A stretch of DNA of 58,057 bases, from the NCBI GenBank assembly GCA_038214475.1, contig JBBQRV010000001.1:1-58057 (forward strand), written 5' to 3'. Each line of letters starts with the position of its first letter. The stretch's first letter is position 1. A program made the translations under genes and the position numbers. This DNA comes from Propionibacteriales bacterium (GTDB lineage: Bacteria; Actinomycetota; Actinomycetes; Propionibacteriales; Nocardioidaceae). Of this stretch, positions 1 through 8,072 are shown piece after piece. The notes under the pieces were generated by a model, which worked only from the letters and a program-made list of their open reading frames with translations, was not told the origin of the DNA and did not search any database.

Positions 1-2
1 TC

Positions 3-1457
3 AACATCGCCGGCATCTCCTTCGGCGTGCTCGGCAACGGCGAGACCTGCACCGGCGACCCGGCCCGTCGCGCCGGCAACGAGTTCGTCTTCCAGGGTCT
101 CGCACAGCAGAACGCCGAGACCTTCAAGGAGCACAAGGTCAAGAAGGTCGTCTCCACCTGCGCCCACTGCTTCAACACCTTGAAGAACGAGTACCAGGAG
201 TTCGGTATCGAGCTCGAGGTCGTGCACCACACCCAGCTGCTGAACCGCCTGGTCCGCGAGGGCAAGCTGACCCCGGTCACCACCGGCGAGGGCGCCGCGA
301 AGCGCTCCATCACCTACCACGACCCCTGCTACATCGGCCGGCACAACGGTGTCTACACGCCTCCGCGGGAGCTCCTCCAGGTGCTGCCCGGTGCCGAGCT
401 CGTCGAGATGGAGCGCAACTCCGAGCGCTCCTTCTGCTGCGGGGCCGGCGGGGCCCGGATGTGGATGGAGGAGAACATCGGCGAGCGGATCAACATGAAC
501 CGCACCAACGAGGCCGTCGCCACCGGTGCCGACCAGATCGCCGTCGGCTGCCCCTTCTGCCGGGTGATGCTCTCCGACGGGCTCACCTCGGCCCAGGCGA
601 AGGGCGACGCCCGCGAGGAGGTCGAGGTCCTCGACGTCGCGCAGATGCTGCTCGCCTCGGTGAAGGGCGAGGTGGCCACCCGGGTCAGGAAGCCTGTGGC
701 GGACGTCGCGACCAAGGCCGAACCGGCACCGGGTGACGTCACCCAGACCGAGCAGACCGTCACCGCCACCGAGGACGTCGGCCCCGCCGCGAAGGCCAGC
801 GGGGAACGCTCCCTCTTCGACGACCTGGCCGACCCGGAGCCGGAGGCGCCGGCCCCGGCCTCCGCGGGCGCCTCACTGTTCGACGCACCCGCCCAGGACG
901 AGGCGCCTGCCACCGAGGCTGCCGACCCCGACACGATCCTCGACGCCGATGACGAGGCGGAGGACGTGACCGAGGCCGCACCGGCGTCCGGAGGGTCCCT
1001 GTTCGACGTCCCCGCGACCGAACCGGTCCCGGCCGCCACACCCGACACCGAGGCTGCCGTCGAGGAGACCCCGTCATCGGGCAGCTCGCTGTTCGACATC
1101 CCCGCGACCGAGCCGGTCCCGGCGCCTGCGCCCGAGGCGAAGTCCGAGCCGGAGCCCGAGCAGGAGGCGGCCGCACCGGCAGCCGAGGCGCAGGCCCCCG
1201 CCACCCCCGGGGCGGTCGACGTCGACGAGACGCTGTCGACAGGCGGCTCACTCTTCGACATCCCCACCACCGAGCCCGCCCCGGCCGCGCCCGAAGCGGT
1301 GCCCGAGCCGGAGCCCGAGCCCGAACCCGAACCGGCCGCCCCCGCGCGGTCGCTGGCCGACATCAAGGCGTCCACGGAGGGCGGGTCCACTCCCGACACC
1401 GAGGCTCCGGCTCCGGCGCCCGCCCGTGAGGACCGGCCCTCGCTGTTCGACTACTGA
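3..1457 (+). CDS. Fe-S oxidoreductase with CCG (heterodisulfide reductase-like) domains, FadF/EtfD-like; 5' partial, with long acidic low-complexity tail
   Basis: Frame is open from position 3. Motifs STCAHC, TYHDPCYIGRHN, SFCCGAGGARMW, VGCPFCRVML. About 260-aa Pro/Ala/Glu tail with repeated SLFD. Confidence 0.88.
   Translation, partial: NIAGISFGVLGNGETCTGDPARRAGNEFVFQGLAQQNAETFKEHKVKKVVSTCAHCFNTLKNEYQEFGIELEVVHHTQLLNRLVREGKLTPVTTGEGAAKRSITYHDPCYIGRHNGVYTPPRELLQVLPGAELVEMERNSERSFCCGAGGARMWMEENIGERINMNRTNEAVATGADQIAVGCPFCRVMLSDGLTSAQAKGDAREEVEVLDVAQMLLASVKGEVATRVRKPVADVATKAEPAPGDVTQTEQTVTATEDVGPAAKASGERSLFDDLADPEPEAPAPASAGASLFDAPAQDEAPATEAADPDTILDADDEAEDVTEAAPASGGSLFDVPATEPVPAATPDTEAAVEETPSSGSSLFDIPATEPVPAPAPEAKSEPEPEQEAAAPAAEAQAPATPGAVDVDETLSTGGSLFDIPTTEPAPAAPEAVPEPEPEPEPEPAAPARSLADIKASTEGGSTPDTEAPAPAPAREDRPSLFDY
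810..1454 (+). repeat. Six dispersed SLFD peptide repeats (three followed by V/IP(A/T)TEPxPA) in the C-terminal tail
   Basis: SLFD codons start at 810, 873, 996, 1086, 1248 and 1440. Near-identical DNA ctgttcgacRtccccgcgaccgaRccggtcccggc at about 999 and 1089. Confidence 0.85.
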
Positions 1458-1504
1458 GCCATCAGCGCGGGCCGCACTCTTGGCGGGCACCGGAGAATGG
1501 TGCC

Positions 1505-2854
1505 GTGGACTTCCACGAGTACGTCGGGGCACGCCGGGCCTCCTTGGTGCGCGCTGCGGTGCTGCTCGGCAGCCCGGAGGGGGTGGCTCCCGGCGTCGTC
1601 GACGCCACCCTGGCGTCCGCGGCGAGCCGGATCCGCGGCGCGGACGACCCAGACCCGGAGGTCTACCGGCGGCTGCTCCCGGCCCTGGCGGGGCACCGCG
1701 GCACCGCCGACTGGGTGGAGCCGGCGCAGATCGATCCACGTGACCACGCGGGGTTCGCCGTACGCCGGGCACTGGCGGCGCTGTCCCCCGAGGCCCGCGA
1801 CGTGGCCGTGCTGCGCTGGCTCGCCGGACTCGACGGGCGTGCCACCCGTGAGGCGCTCCGGATCCCCGCGGCAGCGCTGGCCGAAGGATCGGCGGCCGCC
1901 CTGGCCGGGCTCGCCGTCGCGGCGGGCCCGCACCGCGAACTGGACGCCTCCGAAGCGCTCAACGCGGCTGCCCAGACCATCGAGGTGGCGCCCGGCCCGC
2001 CGATCCGTCCCGTGGGCCGCCGGAACACCCGCATCGTCGTCGGCCTCGCCGCCCTCACCCTCGTCCTCGCTGGCACGGCGGCGGTCGCGCTCCGGGGCAG
2101 CCAGTCGCCGGCGCCGGGACCCGCTCCTGTGCCCCCGGCACCCGACCGGCTGTCGTCGGAGCAGGTGCCGTCGCTCTTCGGGTACGACGCCGCCCACGCC
2201 CGTCGCCTGCTGGAGAAGAGCGGGCTGACGGTCTTCGAGGAGCTCGCCCAGCGGTGCGAGGTCGCCGGTCGGGTGGTCGCCACCGATCCGGGCGTCGGGG
2301 AGCCCCTCAGCCCCGGCGAGCGGATCACCGTCTCACTCGCCCAGCCGTCGGACCCGCGTTGCATGGACGGCTACTCCGAACGGGCCGCAGCCTGGCGGTT
2401 CATCGACTTCGCCAACGGCAGGGGCCCCGCCCCGCGGTTCGCCCGCACCGTCTACGTCGTCTACAACGGGAGCCCGCCGAGCGCGGTCACCGGGCGCAAC
2501 GCCGGGCTACCGGCCGGCATCCCGGCACTCGACGAGATCCGCGCGCTGTCGGGTCGGGTGCTGCGCACCAGTACCGGCTACGCGACGCCCACCCTCCAGG
2601 TGGCGACTCGCACGCCCGCGCCGGAGACCTGCGGCATCGCGCGCCCCCCTGCAGCGGGTGAGCGGCAGGTGCTCTCGCTGACGTTGGCGCTCGGGCCGGA
2701 CGACAGCAGCCGGTGCCCGCTGATGGTCGACCTCTACCGCAACGCCGCGGGCGTGATCGACGCCGTCGCCGTCTACTCGGAGAAGGCCGGGCCCACGGTG
2801 TCCCCGACCGCGGTCAGCCCTCCTCCGTGGGTGACGGGGAGTCGGGGTCGGTAG
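1505..2854 (+). CDS. Degenerate ECF (SigE-like) sigma domain fused to a TM helix and an extracellular PASTA domain
   Basis: N-term FHEYVGARRASLVRAAVLL (region 2-like) and VRRALAALSPEARDVAVLRW (region 4-like). TM IVVGLAALTLVLAGTAAVAL. PASTA VPSLFGYDAAHARRLLEKSGL..GRVVATDP..GERITVSLA. Confidence 0.7.
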   Translation: MDFHEYVGARRASLVRAAVLLGSPEGVAPGVVDATLASAASRIRGADDPDPEVYRRLLPALAGHRGTADWVEPAQIDPRDHAGFAVRRALAALSPEARDVAVLRWLAGLDGRATREALRIPAAALAEGSAAALAGLAVAAGPHRELDASEALNAAAQTIEVAPGPPIRPVGRRNTRIVVGLAALTLVLAGTAAVALRGSQSPAPGPAPVPPAPDRLSSEQVPSLFGYDAAHARRLLEKSGLTVFEELAQRCEVAGRVVATDPGVGEPLSPGERITVSLAQPSDPRCMDGYSERAAAWRFIDFANGRGPAPRFARTVYVVYNGSPPSAVTGRNAGLPAGIPALDEIRALSGRVLRTSTGYATPTLQVATRTPAPETCGIARPPAAGERQVLSLTLALGPDDSSRCPLMVDLYRNAAGVIDAVAVYSEKAGPTVSPTAVSPPPWVTGSRGR

Positions 2855-3074
2855 GCACCACGAGGGGCCGGATCCGCACCCAGGCCAGGAAGGCCGGCCC
2901 CACCACGAGCAGGACGAGCCCGGCCCACAGGTTGGCGTTGACGTTGCCGGTCTTCTCGGGCGCGGTGTCGGCGAAGATCCCCATCAGGAGCAGGATCGCG
3001 CCGTACGCGCCCAGCAGCCCGCCGATGACGGTGCGGATGTCGAACAGTCCAGCGGTGTGCTTCTCGGTGGCCAT
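2814..3074 (-). CDS. Small 2-TM membrane protein associated with the sodium:solute symporter
   Basis: LFDIRTVIGGLLGAYG...NANLWAG, two hydrophobic helices, 10 bp downstream of the SSS gene with a GAGGAG RBS. Confidence 0.8.
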   Translation of the reverse strand: MATEKHTAGLFDIRTVIGGLLGAYGAILLLMGIFADTAPEKTGNVNANLWAGLVLLVVGPAFLAWVRIRPLVVPTDPDSPSPTEEG

Positions 3075-3084
3075 CTGTCACTCC

Positions 3085-4830
3085 TCAGAACGCGGCGTTC
3101 AGGACGACGACCATGACCAGGGCCACGGCCGCGAGCGGAAGGGTGCGTCGGTACCACGGGTACGACGCCTCGTGCGGGTCGGTGCGCTGCTCCTTGGGCG
3201 TCTCGGAGTAGACCAGCCCCACCAGCTCGGACACCGGCTTGGGAGTGGTCACGAGCGAGACCGCGATGCTGAGCACCAGGTCGACCACGAAGGCGGTGGA
3301 GGCTGCGATGAAGGCGGCGCCCTGGCCGGACACCGGGATCACCCCGGTGCTCAACGAGCCGAAGGCGTCCTCGCTGAGGTAGGCCACCACGATCGCGGAC
3401 ACGGTGCCGCTGACCAGCCCCACCCATCCTGCGGTGGCGGTCATCCGCTTCCAGAACATCCCGAGGATGAAGGTGGCGAACAGGGGGGCGTTGAAGAACC
3501 CGAACAGCGTCTGCAGGTAGTCCATGATGTTGCCGAACGAGCTGGCGATCAGGGCGGTCCCGATGGCGATCACGGTGGCGGCCACGGTGGCCACCCGGCC
3601 CACCCGCAGGTAGTACCCGTCGGGGCGTCCCTTGACGACGTAGTCGCCCCACAGGTCGTAGCTGAGCACCGTGTTGAACGCAGAGATGTTGGCCGCCATA
3701 CCCGCCATGAACGCCGCCAGCAGGCCGGTGATGGCCAGGCCGAGCAGACCGTTGGGGAGCACGTCGCGCATCAGCAGCAGCAGCGCGTCGTTGTAGGCCA
3801 CGCCGTCGCCGGACGCACCACCGGCCGGCGAGCCACCCGCCTTGAGGTCGGCCATCTCGGTGACCAGCACCGCGGCGATCATGCCCGGCACGATGGTGAT
3901 GAAGGGGACGAACATCTTCGGGAAGGCGCCGATGATCGGCGTCTTGCGGGCTGCGGAGATCGAGTCGGTGGCCAGCGCCCGCTGGACCTCGACGAAGTTC
4001 GTGGTCCAGTAGCCGAAGGAGAGCACGAAGCCCAGGCCGAAGACGATGCCGATGACCGAGAGCACCGGTGAGTCGAAGCCGGTGAGTGCCTGGCCCGGCC
4101 AGGAGTTCAGCTGCTGCTCGGCGGGCGGGCCGGCACCCTGGTCGGCCGCCGCGGTGATCTTGTCGCTGAGTCCGCTCCAGCCGCCCACCCGGTGCAGGCC
4201 GATCAGGGTCAGCGGCGCGAGCGAGGCGACGATCACGAAGAACTGCAGCACCTCGTTGTAGATCGCGGCCTTCAACCCGCCCAGCGTGATGTAGGAGAGC
4301 ACCACCACCGCGGCCACGATCAGCGCCGCCCACAGCGGCCAGCCGAGCAGGGCGTGCACGATGCTGCCGAGCAGGTAGAGGTTGATGCCGGCGATCAGCA
4401 GCTGGGCGACGGCGAACGAGAGCGCGTTGACCAGGTGGGCACCGGGTCCGAAGCGCCGGAGCATGAACTCGGGCACCGAGCGCACCTTCGAGCCGTAGTA
4501 GAACGGCATCATCACCAGGCCCAGGAAGAGCATCGCCGGGATCGCGCCCACCCAGAAGTAGTGCACGGTGGAGATGCCGTACTGCGCCCCGTTGGCCGAC
4601 ATCCCCATGATCTCGACCGCGCCGAGGTTGGCGGAGATGAAGGCCAGGCCGGTGACCCACGCCGGCAGCGAGCGGCCCGAGAGGAAGAAGTCCACCGAGT
4701 CGGAGACCTGGCGACTGGCTGCCCAGCCGATGCCGAGCACCACCGCGAAGTACAGCGCCAGGACCAGGTAGTCGACGGCCCCCACGTTGATCAGGGTCCC
4801 GCTGGCCAAGGTCGTGATCTCGGGGTTCAT
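3085..4830 (-). CDS. Sodium:solute symporter (SSS/SLC5 family, sugar-type)
   Basis: DFFLSGRSLPAWVTGLAFISANLGA, GGLKAAIYNEVLQF and YWTTNFVEVQRAL motifs; about 13-14 TM segments. Confidence 0.93.
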   Translation of the reverse strand: MNPEITTLASGTLINVGAVDYLVLALYFAVVLGIGWAASRQVSDSVDFFLSGRSLPAWVTGLAFISANLGAVEIMGMSANGAQYGISTVHYFWVGAIPAMLFLGLVMMPFYYGSKVRSVPEFMLRRFGPGAHLVNALSFAVAQLLIAGINLYLLGSIVHALLGWPLWAALIVAAVVVLSYITLGGLKAAIYNEVLQFFVIVASLAPLTLIGLHRVGGWSGLSDKITAAADQGAGPPAEQQLNSWPGQALTGFDSPVLSVIGIVFGLGFVLSFGYWTTNFVEVQRALATDSISAARKTPIIGAFPKMFVPFITIVPGMIAAVLVTEMADLKAGGSPAGGASGDGVAYNDALLLLMRDVLPNGLLGLAITGLLAAFMAGMAANISAFNTVLSYDLWGDYVVKGRPDGYYLRVGRVATVAATVIAIGTALIASSFGNIMDYLQTLFGFFNAPLFATFILGMFWKRMTATAGWVGLVSGTVSAIVVAYLSEDAFGSLSTGVIPVSGQGAAFIAASTAFVVDLVLSIAVSLVTTPKPVSELVGLVYSETPKEQRTDPHEASYPWYRRTLPLAAVALVMVVVLNAAF

Positions 4831-4906
4831 CCACTTCTCCGTTCCGAGGGTCGGCGCGCCCTACACCGTAGACCGGGGCCGTACCCGGTTGGCAACTGCA
4901 CAATAC

Positions 4907-4951
4907 TGACGTCGCTCGAGTATTGATTTGACGTCGCTGTGATGTCACTAT
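4907..4951 (+). promoter_or_regulatory. Promoter with three phased TGAYGTCRCT repeats (putative RHH operator)
   Basis: TGACGTCGCT 4907-4916 and 4929-4938, TGATGTCACT 4940-4949. TTGATT(4923)-N17-CACTAT(4946) lies 7 nt before ATG 4959. Confidence 0.55.
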
Positions 4952-4958
4952 GGTGCGC

Positions 4959-5495
4959 ATGGACATCACGCCGTACGTCGACAGCCTCCGCCGCGATCTC
5001 GTGTCCGCGGCCGGCTCCGCGGGTGACGACGTCCGGGCCGCGGCCGACCGGCTGGCCCAGACCCTGGAGCCGGCCACCCGGCTGGCCCTGATGGAGGCGC
5101 TCTCGCAAGCCGCGGCCGAGATCACCGCCGAGCTGCCCAGCGGCAGCGTCGAGGTGCGCCTGCACGGCCGCGACCTCGACTTCGTGGTCACCGGCCCGAT
5201 GGAGCCGACCACGTCGCTGGCCGGCACCGCCCCCTCGCGAACCGACGAGGCCGACGACGACGGCGCGCTGGCCCGGGTCACCCTGCGACTGCCCGAGGCC
5301 GTCAAGACCCGCGCCGAGGAGCTTGCCGCCCGACGCGGCCAGTCGCTCAACACGTTCCTGGTCGCCGCGGTGCGCGCGGCGACCAGCCACGACCAGGGCG
5401 ACGTCGACCTCGACCTCTCCAGCTTCCCGTTCGACGGCGACCCGTTCGCCCCCCGGAAGGGGTCCGGCAACCGCCGGATGACCGGCTGGGTCTGA
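4959..5495 (+). CDS. Ribbon-helix-helix (HicB-like C-terminus) DNA-binding protein
   Basis: ARVTLRLPEAVKTRAEELAARRGQSLNTFLVAAV RHH motif; conserved-looking ..TGWV C-terminus; paired with the DUF4097 gene. Confidence 0.8.
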   Translation: MDITPYVDSLRRDLVSAAGSAGDDVRAAADRLAQTLEPATRLALMEALSQAAAEITAELPSGSVEVRLHGRDLDFVVTGPMEPTTSLAGTAPSRTDEADDDGALARVTLRLPEAVKTRAEELAARRGQSLNTFLVAAVRAATSHDQGDVDLDLSSFPFDGDPFAPRKGSGNRRMTGWV

Positions 5496-5527
5496 CCCGC
5501 ACCAGTCCCTCGCGTCAAGGAGTAGAG

Positions 5528-6367
5528 ATGAACAGATCCTTCGAGACCCACCGTCCCGTGCACCTGCTGGTCGAGATCGGTCGTGGCCGGGTGCAGGTCA
5601 GCGCCAGGGACACCACCGAGTCGACGGTCGAGGTCACCGGTCAGCACAGTGACGACGTCCGCGTCGAGCTCGACGGCGAGCGACTCTCCGTGGTCGGCCC
5701 CCGGCTGCGCACCGGCTTCTTCGGTGGTGACGCCGACCTCGACGTCACCGTCGTGGTCCCGACCGGCAGCCAGCTGGACGCGCGCACCGGCAGCGCCGAC
5801 ATCACCGCCTCGGGCAGCTGGGGCAGCAGCCAGCTCAAGAGCGGCTCCGGTCAGGTGGCGGTCGAGACCGTCGACGGGGCCGCCGTGCTGGAGACCGGCT
5901 CCGGCGACATCCGCGCGGGCCGGATCCACGAGGAGGTCCGGGTCAAGAGCGGCTCGGGCGACGTGGTCCTCGAGCACGTCGGCGCCTCGGCCGTGGTGGC
6001 GACCGGTTCCGGCGACGTGCAGATCGTCCGGGCCTGCGGTCCCACCGTGGTGAAGACCGGTTCGGGCGACCTGCGGGTGGCCACCGCCGACGGCGACGTG
6101 TCGATGGCGACCGGCAGCGGCGACACCGTCGTCCAACGCCTCAACCGCGGCCGGTTCTCCCTCAAGGGCAGCTCCGGCGACGTCGCGGTCGGCGTCCCGG
6201 CCGGAGTGCCGGTCTGGACCGACATCTCCTCGCTCACCGGCCGGGTCCGCTCCGACCTGGTGGGCGCCGGCAAGCCGGCCGCCGGCCAGGAGCACCTCGA
6301 GCTGCGCGCCCGCACGGTCACCGGCGACATCACGCTGCGTCAGCTCGACGAGGTCACCAAGGGATAG
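5528..6367 (+). CDS. DUF4097-type beta-strand repeat (beta-helix, adhesin-like) protein
   Basis: Repeated (T/S)GSGD(V/I/L) units; AAGGAG RBS. Confidence 0.85.
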   Translation: MNRSFETHRPVHLLVEIGRGRVQVSARDTTESTVEVTGQHSDDVRVELDGERLSVVGPRLRTGFFGGDADLDVTVVVPTGSQLDARTGSADITASGSWGSSQLKSGSGQVAVETVDGAAVLETGSGDIRAGRIHEEVRVKSGSGDVVLEHVGASAVVATGSGDVQIVRACGPTVVKTGSGDLRVATADGDVSMATGSGDTVVQRLNRGRFSLKGSSGDVAVGVPAGVPVWTDISSLTGRVRSDLVGAGKPAAGQEHLELRARTVTGDITLRQLDEVTKG

Positions 6368-6425
6368 TCCGAGAGGTTTCGGTCGGGTTCAGGCGCGAAG
6401 AGCGACCGAAACCTCTCGGACTATC
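6363..6425. repeat. Perfect 23-bp inverted repeat (bidirectional terminator or REP-like element)
   Basis: GATAGTCCGAGAGGTTTCGGTCG (6363-6385), 17-nt loop, CGACCGAAACCTCTCGGACTATC (6403-6425), between convergent genes. Confidence 0.85.
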
Positions 6426-6437
6426 GCAAAGAAGCCC

Positions 6438-7013
6438 TCAGATCGAGGTGCGGTGGAAGTTCTGGAACGACTTCGACGGCGTCGGGCCACGCTGGCCCTG
6501 GTAGCGGGAGCCGTACTTCGCCGAGCCGTAGGGGTGCTCCGAGGGCGAGGAGAGCCGGAAGAAGCAGAACTGGCCGATCTTCATCCCGGGGTAGAGCTTG
6601 ATCGGCAGGGTGGCGACGTTGGCCAGCTCGAGCGTGACGTGGCCCGAGAAGCCCGGGTCGACGAAGCCCGCCGTGGCATGGGTGAGCAGGCCGAGCCGCC
6701 CCAGCGAGGACTTGCCCTCCACCCGCGCGGCGATGTCGTCAGGCAGGCTGATCACCTCGTACGTCGAACCCAGCACGAACTCGCCCGGGTGCAGGATGAA
6801 CGGCTCGTCGCCGTCGGGCTCCACCTGCCGGGTCAGGTCGGACTGGTCGGCGGCGGGGTCGATGTGCGGGTAGCGGTGGTTCTCGAAGACCCGGAAGAAC
6901 CGGTCCAGCCGCACGTCGATCGACGACGGCTGCAGCATCTCCGGCTCCCACGGGTCGAGGGTGACCCGGCCGGCGTCGATCTCGGCGAGGATGTCATGGT
7001 CACTCAGCAGCAC
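6438..7013 (-). CDS. dcd: dCTP deaminase
   Basis: [58 protein letters not shown]. Confidence 0.97.
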   Translation of the reverse strand: MLLSDHDILAEIDAGRVTLDPWEPEMLQPSSIDVRLDRFFRVFENHRYPHIDPAADQSDLTRQVEPDGDEPFILHPGEFVLGSTYEVISLPDDIAARVEGKSSLGRLGLLTHATAGFVDPGFSGHVTLELANVATLPIKLYPGMKIGQFCFFRLSSPSEHPYGSAKYGSRYQGQRGPTPSKSFQNFHRTSI

Positions 7014-7069
7014 GCACGTAACCTACCCCTCTGCGCGCGCCCGGCCCGGGCAGACCACACAATGGGCGG

Positions 7070-7831
7070 ATGACCTTCCACCGGTACGTCGCCCTGGGCG
7101 ACTCGTTCACCGAGGGCGTCGGGGACGTCGACCCGGGGCTGCCCAACGGGGTCCGCGGCTGGGCCGACCGGGTCGCCGCGGCCCTGGCGTCGACCACCGA
7201 CGACTTCCGCTACGCCAACCTGGCGATCCGCGGCCGCAAGCTCGACGGGATCCTCGCCGAGCAGCTCGAGCCCACCCTGGCGATGCGCCCCGACCTGGTC
7301 TCCGTCTACGCCGGGGCCAACGACATCATGCGTCCGCGGGTCGACCTCGATGCACTGGTCGAGCGCTACGACGAAGGGCTCGGCAAGCTGGCCGGCACCG
7401 GAGCCAGGCTGCTGGTGTTCACGGCCTTCGACACCGGGGGGTCGGCGATCTACAGCCCGATCCGGGGGCGGTTCGCGCTCTACAACGAGCTGGTGCGCGC
7501 CGCCGCCGAGCGGCACGACGCCACCATCGTCGACTTCTGGCGGATGCGGGTGCTGCGCGACTGGCGGCACTGGGACCCCGACCGGATGCACCTCGGCCCG
7601 GCCGGGCACCAGCGGATCGCGATCGAGGTGCTCGACACCCTCGGCGTCGAGCACGACCTAGAGCCCTACCCCCTCGCCGACGTGCCCGAGGTCACCCGCG
7701 GCGAGCGGGTCCGCGCCGACCTGGCCTGGACCCGGGCGCACGTCGTGCCGTGGGTGCACCGCCGGCTCACCGGGCGCTCGAGCGGCGATCTGGTGACCGC
7801 CCGGCGCCCGGTCCTCGCGCCGGTCGACTGA
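7070..7831 (+). CDS. SGNH/GDSL-family hydrolase
   Basis: ALGDSFTEG, NLAIRG, AGAND and DRMHL blocks. Confidence 0.93.
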   Translation: MTFHRYVALGDSFTEGVGDVDPGLPNGVRGWADRVAAALASTTDDFRYANLAIRGRKLDGILAEQLEPTLAMRPDLVSVYAGANDIMRPRVDLDALVERYDEGLGKLAGTGARLLVFTAFDTGGSAIYSPIRGRFALYNELVRAAAERHDATIVDFWRMRVLRDWRHWDPDRMHLGPAGHQRIAIEVLDTLGVEHDLEPYPLADVPEVTRGERVRADLAWTRAHVVPWVHRRLTGRSSGDLVTARRPVLAPVD

Positions 7832-7863
7832 ACGGGTACGATCTCTCCTGCCCGCGAGGGCAT

Positions 7864-7939
7864 GCGGATGTAGCTCAGTTGGTAGAGCGCGACCTTCCCA
7901 AGGTCGATGTCGCGAGTTCGAGTCTCGTCATCCGCTCCA
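7864..7939 (+). tRNA. tRNA-Gly (anticodon CCC)
   Basis: Acceptor stem GCGGATG/CATCCGC, D-arm AGCTCAGTTGGTAGAGC, anticodon arm CGACC-TTCCCAA-GGTCG, T-loop GTTCGAG, encoded CCA. Confidence 0.97.
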
Positions 7940-8072
7940 CGCGCCACCACCCCGGCTCAGCGGTCGGCGATCCTTCGCTGTTGCTCGTGTGACTTGTGGG
8001 ACGGTTGATGATTCTTGGGGTTATCGTGGAACACGGACCCTGCCCTGTCTTCCATCGATCGAGGTCTTCCCC

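Noticed and set aside
4959-5495. HicAB toxin-antitoxin system
   Set aside because: Only the RHH domain resembles HicB; no HicA toxin ORF is adjacent.
2984-6295. 1103-aa minus-strand ORF, and other very long ORFs such as 37933-41157, 41697-44516 and 21270-23096
   Set aside because: Shadow or alternate frames of well-supported genes in high-GC DNA; Arg/Gly/Pro-rich with no recognisable motifs.
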